A stretch of 64,000 nucleotides of DNA from Camelus dromedarius (Eukaryota), in the NCBI RefSeq assembly GCF_036321535.1, contig NC_087436.1:58406001-58470000 (forward strand). Reading direction: 5' to 3'. Within the stretch, counting starts at the first letter, position 1, and each line of letters starts with the position of its first letter. The notes under the pieces were generated by a model. It was not told the origin of the DNA, made no database searches, and saw nothing but the letters and a program-made list of their open reading frames with translations. This document shows positions 15,671 to 31,949 of this stretch, one piece after another. The position numbers and the translations under genes were made by a program.

Positions 15671-17870
15671 AAACGCTGCCTTCCAGGATTATACCCATAA
15701 GGAACAAAAGTATTTTAATGGGGATCTTGATTTTATCACATAACTGGAGATTCTTTCTGGCCGTGCACACTTATTTGTGTTTATTCTGATTCCTCCAGTT
15801 GTAAACAGGCATACATTTTTTAATTGTTTACTTTTTAATCATAAATAATTGGGCCAATCTACTTTTTGTATTTTTAAATAAACCTAATGAATTTCTTATT
15901 GACACAAAAAAAACCATACACCTAAGGGTTAATAACATGATAAAGGAATAACTGCATATAAACATATCCACATACATATACATGTAATATATATTTCTTG
16001 ACTATAATATTCATTGAAGTGTGTGAATGTAAAAATGAAATTGTATGTATATAAAATGACTTTTTCTATTTTTAAATATAATACAGGTGTTATATACATA
16101 TATATGAAGAGATAAACACATTAAATATGCATATAAAAATGTGTATATATGTTTACACATACACACACACACATATTTATAACTAGAAGCAGACACACTT
16201 TACATCTATCAATTTAGTTGATTTAATGTTTCCGTGGCAGACACCCCTAGTCCTCTAGTGAAATACAGACAATTCATGACATTAAACATGCATTATTAGA
16301 GTCAATACATGATGAAACAAGGATGAAACTATGTCCATTTCTGACAAGTGTGGCATATTGCTTTTAACCTCTCCATCCTAACTGGCTTCACCATGGAAAG
16401 GCAATGATTAATTTTTGCTAGAGAAGGCAGAGTGTCTAATAGGACTACTGTGTCAACTTGGTTTTCTCTTACCACTGCCCTTCTATATTTGCATGGATTA
16501 CAGACTACTTTCACCAGTCTCTTTGAACCCTTCCTTTCCATTTCCTGACTATGAATACCTGACATAGTTAAGAATGTGAGAAAAGGGTGAAGATTTTTTA
16601 AAACTGAGATATAAATTTAGCACTTATATTAGTATGTAGCTGTTAGCCAGAATAGATATTTTATTGATGTAACGAGATATCTACAATATATATTAATTTT
16701 GACCTATCCTGTCACTTTTGAATCAGACAGAAATCTACTTTATAAGCTAAGATTTTATCAAAATATTTACGCCATACATTTTAGATTTATTTTGCTAATT
16801 TTAATCCACATTCGTAAAGACTCATTTTAATTTGTGATAATATTTATGAGAATTTATAGGTTAATCACTACACTGAAACTTAATATTATCAGACTTGGAA
16901 ACACACATTTCTTTAGCAGTTTGTTATGAAGTGTAATATAAATGTGCTATAATTGGAGCTGAAATAACCTATTCTTTTTAAGCCAGATAATCTAAATGTC
17001 TACTCCCAAAGAAGTGATGTATGTTTATATAGAGATGCTTCAGCTTGTCATGGATTCTAAATGAGTCTTTTAAAAGAAGCATTTCTAATCAAACTTGTTT
17101 AATAGTGGGTGATGCTATTGACTTCTGCTTAGTATTGGTAATACATTTTTAATGGAAGCGTTTTACTATTACCTGACAGAACACTTAAAATTGCCTTAAA
17201 CATTAAACCTGGCTTAATAAATGGCAGAAACCTGCCAAAATGATGGCAAATTAGTCAATTCTGTGCTGAATTAAGAAGTAATGAAAAAAAAAAAGAAGTA
17301 ATGAAAGGAAATGCACAAAAGAAGTAGTTCATCTTTTGCAAACAAAGTACACAAAAGTAACAATCCGTCTTACTACATACAGCATAACCAAAGAACAGGA
17401 AATCCTAGCAAACATTTCAAATCCAGTTATTTATTTACTTTTTATTTTCAACTGTAAAATCTCATCTTAAACTTGGCTTTTTACCAAAAAAAGCACATAC
17501 AGCATTTTGTATCAAACACAAGTATTTTGAAAACAACCTGGTAATTTCCACTTGGACAATCTTAGGAAAGATAGTCCTTTCTTATGTCATGTATTTTCAA
17601 TAGTATAGCAATGACATCTCTTTATCCTTTGTACTAATGCACACATATTACCAGTCTAATCTAACACCACATCCTAGATTTACTTTTTTAAACCATGTAC
17701 AGTTAATCAAATGCAACATTCAAAACTACATAGCTAACATGATGACACATCTGTTTCTTTCCCAGCTATTTTCATTAGCGTTGTCAGTTTTATTTTAAAA
17801 CCTGAAGTTGAAATTAGTTGCAACTTATTGTCAAAATGGAATAATTATTTCATCGCTTACACATGTATAC

Positions 17871-17878
<8 letters not shown>

Positions 17879-17910
<32 letters not shown>
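17879..17910. repeat. (AC)16 microsatellite
   Basis: Perfect dinucleotide run. Confidence 0.97.
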
Positions 17911-17912
<2 letters not shown>

Positions 17913-18327
17913 TGTTTGATTAACTGATTACTCTTTATTTACACTTCACATTGGCCAAACCAGAGGGAAGAATAACCCAAGAAACAAGCAGAAAAGGAAT
18001 ATCTACCAAATATCTCTGTTACACCAATTTGTAATTGGTCATTTCCAATGTTACAGATTGATGGTCTCCTTCTTCCATAGGAGGGGAAAAGTGGCTTTGC
18101 TTATCCTTACACAAAGAGAGTGACATATACAAGTGTGTCTACATACAAGTTTTTAAATAAAAAATACATCATGCTTACTTTCCTTCTTACATCTTAAGAG
18201 ACAGAATTATAGTTTATAGTAATATTGAAAATATGTTGAGGTCTTAAATTTTTAATTGTTGTAAAGGGTCACCTATACAAGTTAACATTTTAGATCATAA
18301 AATCGTTTTGTACAAATTCATATTTGC

Positions 18328-18380
18328 AAATATGCCTGATAAATAAAACATGTCTGATAAATATGCCTGATAAATAAAAC
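18328..18380. repeat. Local duplication AAATATGCCTGATAAATAAAAC x2 (period 31)
   Basis: Identical 22-mers at 18328-18349 and 18359-18380. The spacer is a partial copy (atgtctgat). Confidence 0.9.
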
Positions 18381-18931
18381 TGACCATCTCCATAACTCTC
18401 AAAAACATTTTAAGATTTTCTACCTTCACGTTTTTATTCATGATTATGTACACCTTGTCTCCTTAGCAAAATATAATTTCCTGGGCCATAGAAATTATTC
18501 TTATTGTTAGAATGTTTATAATGGAGGATGAATATATTAAACACTCAAGAAACAGTAATAAACTTCCCTTATATTAGTTTGGCATAACCTTATAAAACAG
18601 GATTCCTAAATTCAAGTTCAAATATAGAAGTAAAAATATGTCACATCTAATTCTAAATTAGAACAAAAGTAGAATTATAAATTTACCTACATATGAATAT
18701 ATTATCACAGGCATTTTTCAGGACTCCAGAAGACCCAAATTTTTCAGCAAGGTATTAACCATATACCTGTATTTTTAATTTGAATGTTTGAATTCTTTTT
18801 ATCTTATATATAAGAAACAAGTAGAGGAAAGAAACACTGGCTGGGAAGGTAGGAGAGGAAAGAAAATACATTCACCTAGCTCAGAATTTCCTCTAAAAAT
18901 ACTGAGAAAGGTTTTGATATATGTCTTAAAA

Positions 18932-19526
18932 CGTCACCAGAAGAGGCCGAAAACTGCACAGAGGCTAACCTACTTTCTTTTTTTCCACACACGTCTGCTC
19001 GTCGACGCCCGCAGTTGCGCCTGCCTCACAGAAACTAACGCAGACGCCGCATCTGCAAAACCGCAGAACCGTTCGGAGCACAAAGGTCCAAAATGGCGAC
19101 GGGCAAGTGCCCTGAACTGGTTCCAGCCGGACCATGACAGCAGCGCCTGCGCAGATAAGACCCAAAGCGTCTGAAGGTTGCCTTTGCTTCATTACCACGC
19201 TAGGCTCTCCTCCTTAAGGGACGGCTTGCACTTTGCTGGGCAGAATTAGTGTCCTGCGCAAAGGAGCCCAAAGGACTGCGCATGCCCGGCTGTTTATGCC
19301 GCTTTCCCTGAATTCTGACAGGCACACCCACTTCTCACCCCTTAAAAGTTCTCCACTCCCCTTCCCGCGCGGAGAAGGAGTCCTAATGCTCTCCCTTCTC
19401 CATTCCTTGATCCAGGAATAAAGTTTGCTCTGCTCTACAGAACCTGGCCTCCTTCCATTGGTGTGAGCGGTACCTGGTAAGGAAAGGACCTAGCTGGGAT
19501 TCACCCGATCAAAGGGATTGATAACA
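18932..19526 (+). mobile_element. CpG-rich ERV-like solo LTR (5' boundary uncertain, about 18922-18945)
   Basis: Sharp GC/CpG-rich block of about 590 bp in an AT-rich background. U3-R-U5 order: TATA-like CTTAAAAG at 19341-19348, AATAAA at 19417-19422, terminal ...GATAACA at 19526. No PBS or internal sequence follows. Confidence 0.8.
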
Positions 19527-20496
19527 GAAGAAACTTTTCCACATACAGAGTGGATAAAATTATTTAAAGATTTGCATATCTCAGTTTATATAACATACCA
19601 AATATCTTCTAAAATAAGTAATTCTAAAAATTGAAAACAAGTGTCGACACATCTAAATTATCCTTACACAATCATTTTATGCTTAAAACCTTATCATCTA
19701 AAAAGACATATATGAAACAACTGCCCATAAACATATGGTGAGATTTCAGAGTTCCAAAGAAAATCAAAGTAACCAATTTTTTTTAGCCACAAAGTTCAAA
19801 TTCTTTACTCATTTAATTTTGCCTAATAGAAATTCTTTACAACACATATTCTTAAAAAGATAAACTTTTCAAAGTTGCTATATGCTGTGAATATTTTTCT
19901 TTTAAGCAACAGTTAACTCTCTTATCCTCTCTTTCTGTGCATTTTTCCTCTCTTTTTTCCCTTTCCTTCCACGTCTTCATGCATCCACCCTTTCATCCAT
20001 CCATCTATCCAGCTAACCTTCCATCAACACAGAGATAATCATCAAAGCCAAGCCATTTTATTGCTTCACAGATGAGTTGCTGACAGGACAGTTAAAATTC
20101 ATTACATATTTAATCAATCTCTAGCAGAATTCGTAAGACTATAACAGAAATAGCAATTGTGGATTCCATAGTCTTATAGCTAAAAGAAACGTTAAGGATG
20201 GTATAAAAAATATTCTCATTTTTCAGAAATTGTAGTGAAAAGATTTTAAGTAATTCAACCAAAATCACACAGCCAAAAGTTAGAATGGGTGGAGTAGGAA
20301 TTTAAGTTTTCTGGTTTCAAGTTTGTAACTATTTCTTCCATATTATGATTTTTTTTTCATTTCAAGCATTTACTCCAAGTATGTGTGCATATATATTACA
20401 TACATAAATACATTATGTCATTCATATATACATATGTGTGACAAAAACTAGTACTACTACATATATATTTGATATATATTAAATAACTGGTAATAG

Positions 20497-21073
20497 TGTT
20501 AGGCAGTTAGATAGAAATGAGCAGCAGGCAAGGGGAGACGAAGAGGGAGGGAGCAACCCAGAAAATAACAGTACATCTGCGCTCAGGATAAGAGACTCCA
20601 AAAATTTTTACTTTCTCTAAATGAAGGCCAGCAAAGAAGCTGGCTAGAATTGAACGCTGCGGCTGCACAATAGAGAGAAAGACCCAGCTTAACTTGACCC
20701 AATGCTCATTATAATGTAATTAGCATTGCAGTTTGAGCCCCTTCCCCTAGGTTTCTCTGTGTGTATCATGGGTGAGAACATGCACAAAAGGGATGGGTGT
20801 GCCTGAGCACAAAGAACTTGAGCAGTAAATCAATCAATCACAAAAATGCCCCCTAAGCCAGGATATAAAAATAGGAGAAAAAAAGAGCAGTGCCATTTTT
20901 CCTCTCTTGGATTGGCCAGCCCCCAATTCTGAGGGGTATACTATATTTTACTACCTTTTTACTTCACTAATAAAATCTTCTGTTTATATCACGCTTTCTG
21001 TCTCTCATTAAAAATTCATTTTTTGGGGTGACTAAGAACCAAAGTAACTTTTATTCCCCTGTTCCCGGTAACA
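20497..21073 (+). mobile_element. ERV1-class solo LTR, 577 bp
   Basis: TGTTA...TAACA inverted termini, 4-bp TSD ATAG (20493-20496 and 21074-21077), TATAAAA at 20864-20870, AATAAA at 20969-20974. Confidence 0.92.
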
Positions 21074-22199
21074 ATAGTAGAGGATATATAGACACACACG
21101 CACATACATACGTATTTGATAATGAGTACTACTCTGGTGATTAGCACATCAAATTCATTTATCATAAGCCATGAAATATTTAAAATTGAAGAATTATAGT
21201 AAAAACCTGAACATAAGACTTCCACATACAATTTATTCCCCTTTGCCTTAGAAGAATCTGCAATTTCGCTTTGGAGGTTAAAATTTTTTTAATGGCACAA
21301 CTCTGTGCTTTGAGACAATTTATTGGTCACATGTGGATTTGCAGTTCTGAAGAGCTATTCAGAATTGTTAAGTCATCACATATTTTCACTGTTTTAGATG
21401 CTACTATTCATTAGTAGGTTTTTAAATTTAATTCTACCAGTGCACTATGCACATATTTTAATTGCACTGTGCACAAATACCCAAATCAAGAAAGCTATAA
21501 TCTTTTTATGTCTACTCATGGTATTCCCACCAATGCCAGTGGAAATTGTGCAAATATGTCAAAAGGAGGGTAAGTAATAAAGACAATACTGTAAAAATCA
21601 GATTTCTCCTTTATTTCATTTTTCAAAAGAAGAAAAATGTAAACATGTTCAAAACTACTAGACAGCAGAAAAATTAAGCAGAATTGGGACAAATGAACTT
21701 AGCATTTTCTATACTGTTTGCATCTTCACCTGAGCATACAGACTAGCTATTATTTAAGGGGAAATTATCAAAATAAAGGCATCATGTCTGTATGTGTGTG
21801 TTTACACATGTGTGAGTGTGTGTGTATACATAAATAATCTGCCTAGATAATATTAAGATATCCTCCATGAATTATGTATAACAGATATTTTCATCAGTCT
21901 CTTCTCATTCAACAGAAATTCTCCGATTATATCCTTCATTAATTTTTTCGCAGGCAAGAAGTAGGGTTTTTAGAACCCTTTTTCCTTTCAACCAGAGGTA
22001 TATTTTCCTGAGTTCACCTTATCTTACCTTTCACAAGCACTCTAAGGATGTAAATAAAAACAATAACACTAATTGTAAAGGATATGCTAGATATACACCA
22101 AAGACATGACAATTAGTCAATAATATGAATTATAGACAATCTTTTGTGTTAACTCTCAAGTTTTTAATAACTGAAATAATAGTAATGAAAGTAACTAAT

Positions 22200-22380
22200 G
22201 TTTGTTAGTAATAAGCATTAGAGTAAGTGGTTCACTGGCATTTTATCATTTAGTTTTACCCTTTGATAGAAATGAGGCTCAGGGCAAGTAACTTTCCTGA
22301 GACTTGAAGCTAATAATGACTGTGGCAAAATTCACAACTCTCACTTTCAAGGCAAACTCCCCAAAGCCCTTGCACTTAAT
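22200..22380 (-). mobile_element. MIR SINE fragment
   Basis: gaaatgaggctcagggcaagtaactttcctgag. Confidence 0.6.
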
Positions 22381-22803
22381 ATATGACAATACATTCATTA
22401 TAATGAATTTCCATATTACCAAGTGAAATGGATGTTTTATTTTCATAATTATCAAAATGCAATTTTATTTGTATGTTAAAATTCTCAAATAGGTTTTAAT
22501 TTTTTGTTTGAGAAATTTTTATCAACTGGGTCTAATTTACAAAAGTTTTTAAATAATTTTTTGTATATTTTTGTAAATACACTATTTACCCCAATGACTC
22601 AAACTATATACATTATACAGTAGTTTCGTCCAAGAATTTATAAATTTTTTTCTTAAACTTTAAGTATGCTTTCAGAATAATTATCTAATATATACAAAGA
22701 ATTAAGCTGAGGTAAATTTTTGAAACATGTTAAATCACAATTTTTGCAGTTAATTTAGAAAAATATTAAGTGAGTTCCAATAACGTATGCATTTTGATAT
22801 ATT

Positions 22804-24035
22804 TTCTCTTTTTTGCAACTCCACAATGCTTCATTTTTTATTTTTATGAAATTTTTAAAGGTTACTTTCCATTTACAGTTATTAGAAAATACCGGTTATA
22901 TTCCTGTGTTGTACAATACAATCTTGAGCCTATCTAACACCTAAGTTTGTGCCTTCCACTCCCTCACCCTTTTATTTTACCCCTCCTCCCCAATGGCAAC
23001 CATTAGTTTGTTCTCTAAATCTGTGAGTCTGCTTCTTTTTTGTTGTTACACTCACTAGTTTGTTGTATTTTTCAGATTCCACATGTAAGTGATATCATAC
23101 AGTATGTGTCTTTTTCTGAATTATTTCACTTAGCATAATGTCTTCCAAGTCCATCCATGCATGTTGCTACAAATGGCAAAATTTCATTCTTTTAGTGGCT
23201 AAGTGGTATTCCATTGTGTATATATACACTATACCTCTTTATCCATTTATCTGTTGATAGAAATTTTGGTTGCTTCCATACCTTAGCAATTGTGAATAAT
23301 GTGGCTATGAACATTGGAGTAAATGCATCTTTGTGAATTAATGTTTTGGGGTTTCTTTGGATATACACCCAGGAATGGAATTGCTGGGTCATATGGTACT
23401 TCTATTTTTAGTTTTTTTGAGAAACCTCCATACTGCTTTCCACAGTGGCTGCACCAATTTACATTCCCACCAACAGTGTATGAGAGCTCCCTTTTCTCCA
23501 CAACCTCACCAACATTTATTATTTGTGTTCTTTTGGATGATAGTTATTTTGGCAGATCTGAGGTGATATCTCATTGTGGTTTTGATTTGTATTTCCCTAA
23601 TGATTAGAGATGTTGAGCATCATTTAATGTGCCTGTTGGCCATATGAATGTCTTCTTTGGAAAAATGTCAATTCAGGTCTTCTCTTCATTTTTTAATAGA
23701 GTTGTTTGTTTGTTTGTTTTTGATGTTGAGTTGTATGAGCTGTTTATACAGGTTGAATATTAACTGCTCATCAGTCATATCATTTGCAAATATTTTTCTC
23801 CCATTCAGTAGGTTAGCTTTTTTTTTTTAATGGAGTTACTGGGGTTTGAACTTAGGATCTCATGTATGCTAAGCATGTGCTCTACCACTGAGCTATATCC
23901 ACCCAACCCCCTCCTCCCAAGTAGGTTGTCTTTCCATTTTGTTGATGGTTTCCTTTGCTGTGAAAAAGCTTTTAAGTTTAATTAGGTCTCATTTGTTTAT
24001 TTTTGCTTTTTTTTCCTTTACTTTAGGAGACAGAA
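22804..24035 (-). mobile_element. 5'-truncated L1 (ORF2 C-terminus plus 3'UTR) with nested SINE
   Basis: Minus-strand ORF fragments resemble the L1 ORF2 C-terminus (...[37 protein letters not shown]). Bounded by a 31-bp direct repeat at 22773-22803 and 24036-24066. Confidence 0.93.
23821..23919 (-). mobile_element. vic-1-type tRNA SINE inserted into the L1
   Basis: Reverse complement reads GGATATAGCTCAGTGGTAGAGCACATGCTTAGCATACATGAGATCCTAAGTTCAAACCCCAGTAACTCCATT-An. TSD AGTAGGTT..CTTT at 23807-23820 and 23920-23933. Confidence 0.9.
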
Positions 24036-25167
24036 AGTTCCAATAATGTATGCACTTTGATATATTCTTAAATTCAGGGTTCAGAATAAACCTCTAGCCT
24101 TTCATTTTTTTAAGAAGTTAGAATTTTTTTCTACTTTAGTGATTAATGGTCCTAATAGAACAACAATGACAAAGTCATTGACTTTATATATTAAAGACTT
24201 TTACTAATTTATCTAGGTCTGTAATATTCAAATTGTGACCAGGTCTAGAAACTAACTGGTTCATTATCTTTCAACATCTAATACTTACTTAGCATTTTGT
24301 TCTCAGAGTTCAAAGTACATTATACTATTAACTCCCAATTCATTTACCATAATTACTTAGTTTACAGGCAAGCATCATTCTTGTTTTAAAGACAGATAAT
24401 CAAGTTCAAAGACAATACTGCCAAGATCACAGACAGAATTAGTTATGATACAGTATAGCAAGATATAATTGGAAAGAGATAAAACTCCTCACAGATAATT
24501 AAAATGATAAATACTTAAAGGTATATTGTAATTTAGATATAATTTTATATTGCAGATACCTCAAATTATCAGTTTTACTCAACATATTATGATAGAATGA
24601 CTTAAAATAAGAAGGGCAAATCATAGACCAAGCAGACAAATTTTCAATGACTGTCTCCAGAAATTTCAGGGGAGGGCATTTATGTTAGAATGTGACACTC
24701 CATCACAGTGTGAGCTAAGCCAAATTCATGAAGGGAATCTTCATTCTAACACAAGTCCTTTTTCTCAGCCCTACTCTCCAATAACATTTGAATTCACATT
24801 TCATTTGGAATTATTCTAAAATCATCCAGAAACTCAAAGCACATTTAAATTGATAATACTGTCACCTAGACATTTAACTTTACTGTAGGTTTTACAAAAG
24901 TCTGTGTGATAAAAGAAAATGCATGTTGCTTACAGAGCAGAAAATCTGACTTTTCCATGTGGAGGATAATAGGAGGTTAATCTTTAAAATAATCATTTTA
25001 TGTTGGAACATATCCTCTTTTAATTACTTACGCATTTTATATAAATTTGGTATTTGGGGAATAAACATTCCAAATCAGTTGTTCTAATAAGAATTATTTT
25101 CAATTTTTTAAGGGTACCAGACATTGAAAAATCGATAATCTGGATTTTTCTTATTAAAAATGGCACT

Positions 25168-28569
<3,402 letters not shown>

Positions 28570-29914
28570 AAAAATGACACTGGTTAATTCTTTAATTTTT
28601 TTTTCATATTTTCATATTGACTCTGTGAAGTTATCCAGGGCTTTACATCCTGTGTTTCAGCTCCTTTCTACATATCATGCATTTAATTGAAGCTATGTCC
28701 TATTATTACAAACTTAAATACTATGAAAAAAATAGAAATAACTGGTTTATGAAAAGAGACCTTTTTATACACTCCACAGCAATTCAAACACTTTCCAAAC
28801 CGAAATGATGCACATTTAAAAAAAAAAAAAAAAAGATAAGAAAGTAAAAGAAGGTAGCTTCTTGAAAAATACATTCACTAGAAAGACTTACAGATATTTT
28901 TATAAACGGAACAGATTCAGCTTTTTTCTCTCCTATAACAAATCACTATCTTTTAATACCACCTTCAGTTACCATTTTAAAAAGTGTGAGAACTGGTATA
29001 TAGTACAATAAGTAAAATCATAGGTCACAGAAATATCTGTATGAAAAAAAATAGTGTGAACACTATGCATGCTTTTCAAAGATTAAAACACATTTTGGAT
29101 ACAAATAATTTAGTTTAGCCTGTCTTCCACATAGTAAAAATTTTAATTTTATACTTAAGATAAAAATTAACTCTGCTTCTAGATTTAAAAAAATCATTTT
29201 ACCAATCTGAGTCAACTTAACTAGGTAAGTCATTTGAAATTAAGCACTTTAGACCTATAAGATGAGGTCTTCATTTCTAAAGAAAAAAATGCATCATGTG
29301 AATTGTTTCAGGTAGCAAAAGGGTACTCTACTAATATAAATCTCACACCTCCTGGTTTGATAAACTTTGAACCCATGTGTAATTTTATCTTCTTTATTAC
29401 ATAAGCACATGTAACAAACGCAATGAAAGATTTTACAGAAATCTACTGAAAAATTTTCCCAACATGGCCTGTTTTGTGCTGTTTCTTATACTGAATAAGT
29501 AACTATATTAGGGAGCTGCATTACAGGTGTTGTTAAGGGGGATGCCTTACAAAATATTTTATAAACAGTGAGAAAACAATGATTCTACTAAAACTGTAGA
29601 CTACACAGCAGTGAATAAGATGTGAGTTTCCTTAGAAGTATGGCAATATTTTTAGGTATGTAATAGATATAAGTGGTTGCAAAATGTACCCAATTGCTTT
29701 CTTCTATCAAGATCTGTATCACAATCAGTTGAGGACTATCTGTAAGTCAAATACTTATGAAAATTCAACTTTCAAGTACTATTTTTAGTGATAACGTGTT
29801 AGGTAATCTTAAATCTTACAAAAATAGCCAAAGTTGTATACGCTTGCCATTGTTAGTTTCATTCTTAAGAAAAGAGCAGTAATACTTTTAAATGTTGAAA
29901 TTCCTCTTAGTTAG

Positions 29915-30060
29915 CTCTCTTTATTCCCATTTATAGATGAGAAGACTGAGAATCAGAAAAATTCAGTGGATTAACCAATCACATAGGTAGAAATAAATGA
30001 GCTAGAACTTGAATCTTCAACTTTTGGGTTCAAAAATCTGTACGGTTTTTATTATAATAA
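29915..30060 (-). mobile_element. MIR SINE fragment
   Basis: ttattcccatttatagatgagaagactgag...gagctagaacttgaa. Confidence 0.75.
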
Positions 30061-31949
30061 ACTGCATCTATATTAAAATTTTAGTCCATTCCTGAGACAA
30101 AACATTCTGCTTTTAGAATAACATGTGCAGAGAAGAGACAACAATGAATGCCTCCAAACTAAATCCTTAATTCATCTCTTTGAACAACTTGACTCAATCA
30201 CGTGGTATGCAGTATTCCTATTTCGAAGAAAAAAAATAGCTGGGAGGAGTTGGTAACTTAAATAGTTGTGGCCATATTAAAGGAGATAACAGAGAATACA
30301 CTATGGCTTTTTATTAACCTCTTCAGATGTGATGTAAAAAGTCAAAATATATCCAGTTAGAATGCTTATTTATGACACTTGATATAAAGCAATTAACCTC
30401 AGAGACCAAGTTAAAAAAAAAAATCAAGTTTGGAAAGAATTCTACTGCATTGCTGATGTATGAAGACCCTTAGGTGAAGTGCACAAAGAAAACATAAGTA
30501 GATCCCCAGAGATTATCTACTGTTATTTCATATCTTAAGTCTTGACATTAAACTTTAAACAAATATAGGTTTCCAATAAAAAAGTAAACAAATTTTCCTT
30601 CATTTAACATAAATTCTAAAACAAATTTACAAAATATTTCTGTGAATTCTGGTTTCTGAGTATGCAGATGGATGTTATGTTGAACAAATATAAGTGTTTT
30701 AAAATCTTCTTTTATAATTTAATGTGTTTTTAAAAATTGTTCATATGTTTTCACATTTTCAGTGTTTTAAAAAATTGTTCATGATTTAATGAAGAAGCAG
30801 TTTGAAACCATTTACTTGATCCAGAATTTAAACAAAATGTATTCAATGTATATCAATATCAGGATTACAAGAATTCATGTATGCATACCCATCTGAAGAT
30901 GGTACCCCATATTTAAAAGTACTGTTTTCCTTATAGCGTCTGTTTTATTAAGGAGTCAATTTGCCAAGTTTCAGGCAATCAGATGTGAGAAACTATAAGA
31001 CATCTTTTTATGAGGCCATTTTAAACAAAAATTAAGTCACAAAATGGTTCAGCCACAAAATGATTTAGAAATTCATCCCAGGATTCTACTTGGAGCTTGG
31101 AAGGAGCTTGGAAAGCCAGTGAAATTCTTGATGAGACTTTGAGGCCAGCTAATTTAATCATGATTCTAACTTCTGGTATATATGGTTACTGTCCAAAATG
31201 TATGCCTATTTAAACAATTATCATCTTCTCATTTTCTTCCTGTTTTTTTCCTTTGACTAATGCCTTCCATACCTACACACGATTATTGTTCTCCATTATC
31301 ATTCCATGGTAATTGCATTCCATTAATATTTTCAACTCCTTTATGGAAGATTGCTGCCTTTGAATAAACCCTAGATTTCTCTACAGGACACTGCTCAACT
31401 AGAGATTTATTTTTTTACAAACCAGGACCTACTGCAACCAGAAATGGGGAGTTAACATTGTTTACTTCTTAAAACAATTTCAAACTATTACTTGTACACC
31501 ACAGAGTAAAATAATCTCTTCTGAAACCCATCCATCTGGCTATACTACCCTATTATCCTCCTCATCATTGTCATTGATCACCTCCTCACTAGTCAATCAA
31601 TTCATTCAATAAAGTTCAGAATCTTACTCTCTATCCCAAATCCACCATCCTGAGTGATACAGTTGATAGGTACATGTTGATGACTTATTATGAGACATAC
31701 ATGTTGATTACTTATGAATCATACTAACAACACAGTTTTTATCTTTCTTAATCCCAATGTCCATTACTTCCACTACACCTATGACCAGTAAGTAGTCCCT
31801 GACATCACCTGTACATACTCTACATGAGATATCTTAAAATCTAATAGCTTACTCTCTACACGGTCTTTCTAGAACCCTAAAGATTCATTCCATTACGTCT
31901 GTTCTTCAGCCACAGAGACTTCCAATCCCCTGACCACTGAGTCAATGGA

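Noticed and set aside
18788..19421. 128-aa, 77-aa and 62-aa ORFs as novel proteins
   Set aside because: They overlap the GC-rich LTR, where stop codons are rarer, and have no recognisable domain.
18932..21073. Two-LTR provirus or retrotransposon
   Set aside because: The LTRs are not similar to each other, there is no PBS or gag/pol sequence between them, and the second has its own TSD on both sides.
30724..31715. Short local duplications (30724-30782 and 31671-31715) as an array or CRISPR-like repeat
   Set aside because: Only two copies each, unrelated to one another. These are ordinary slippage duplications in mammalian DNA.
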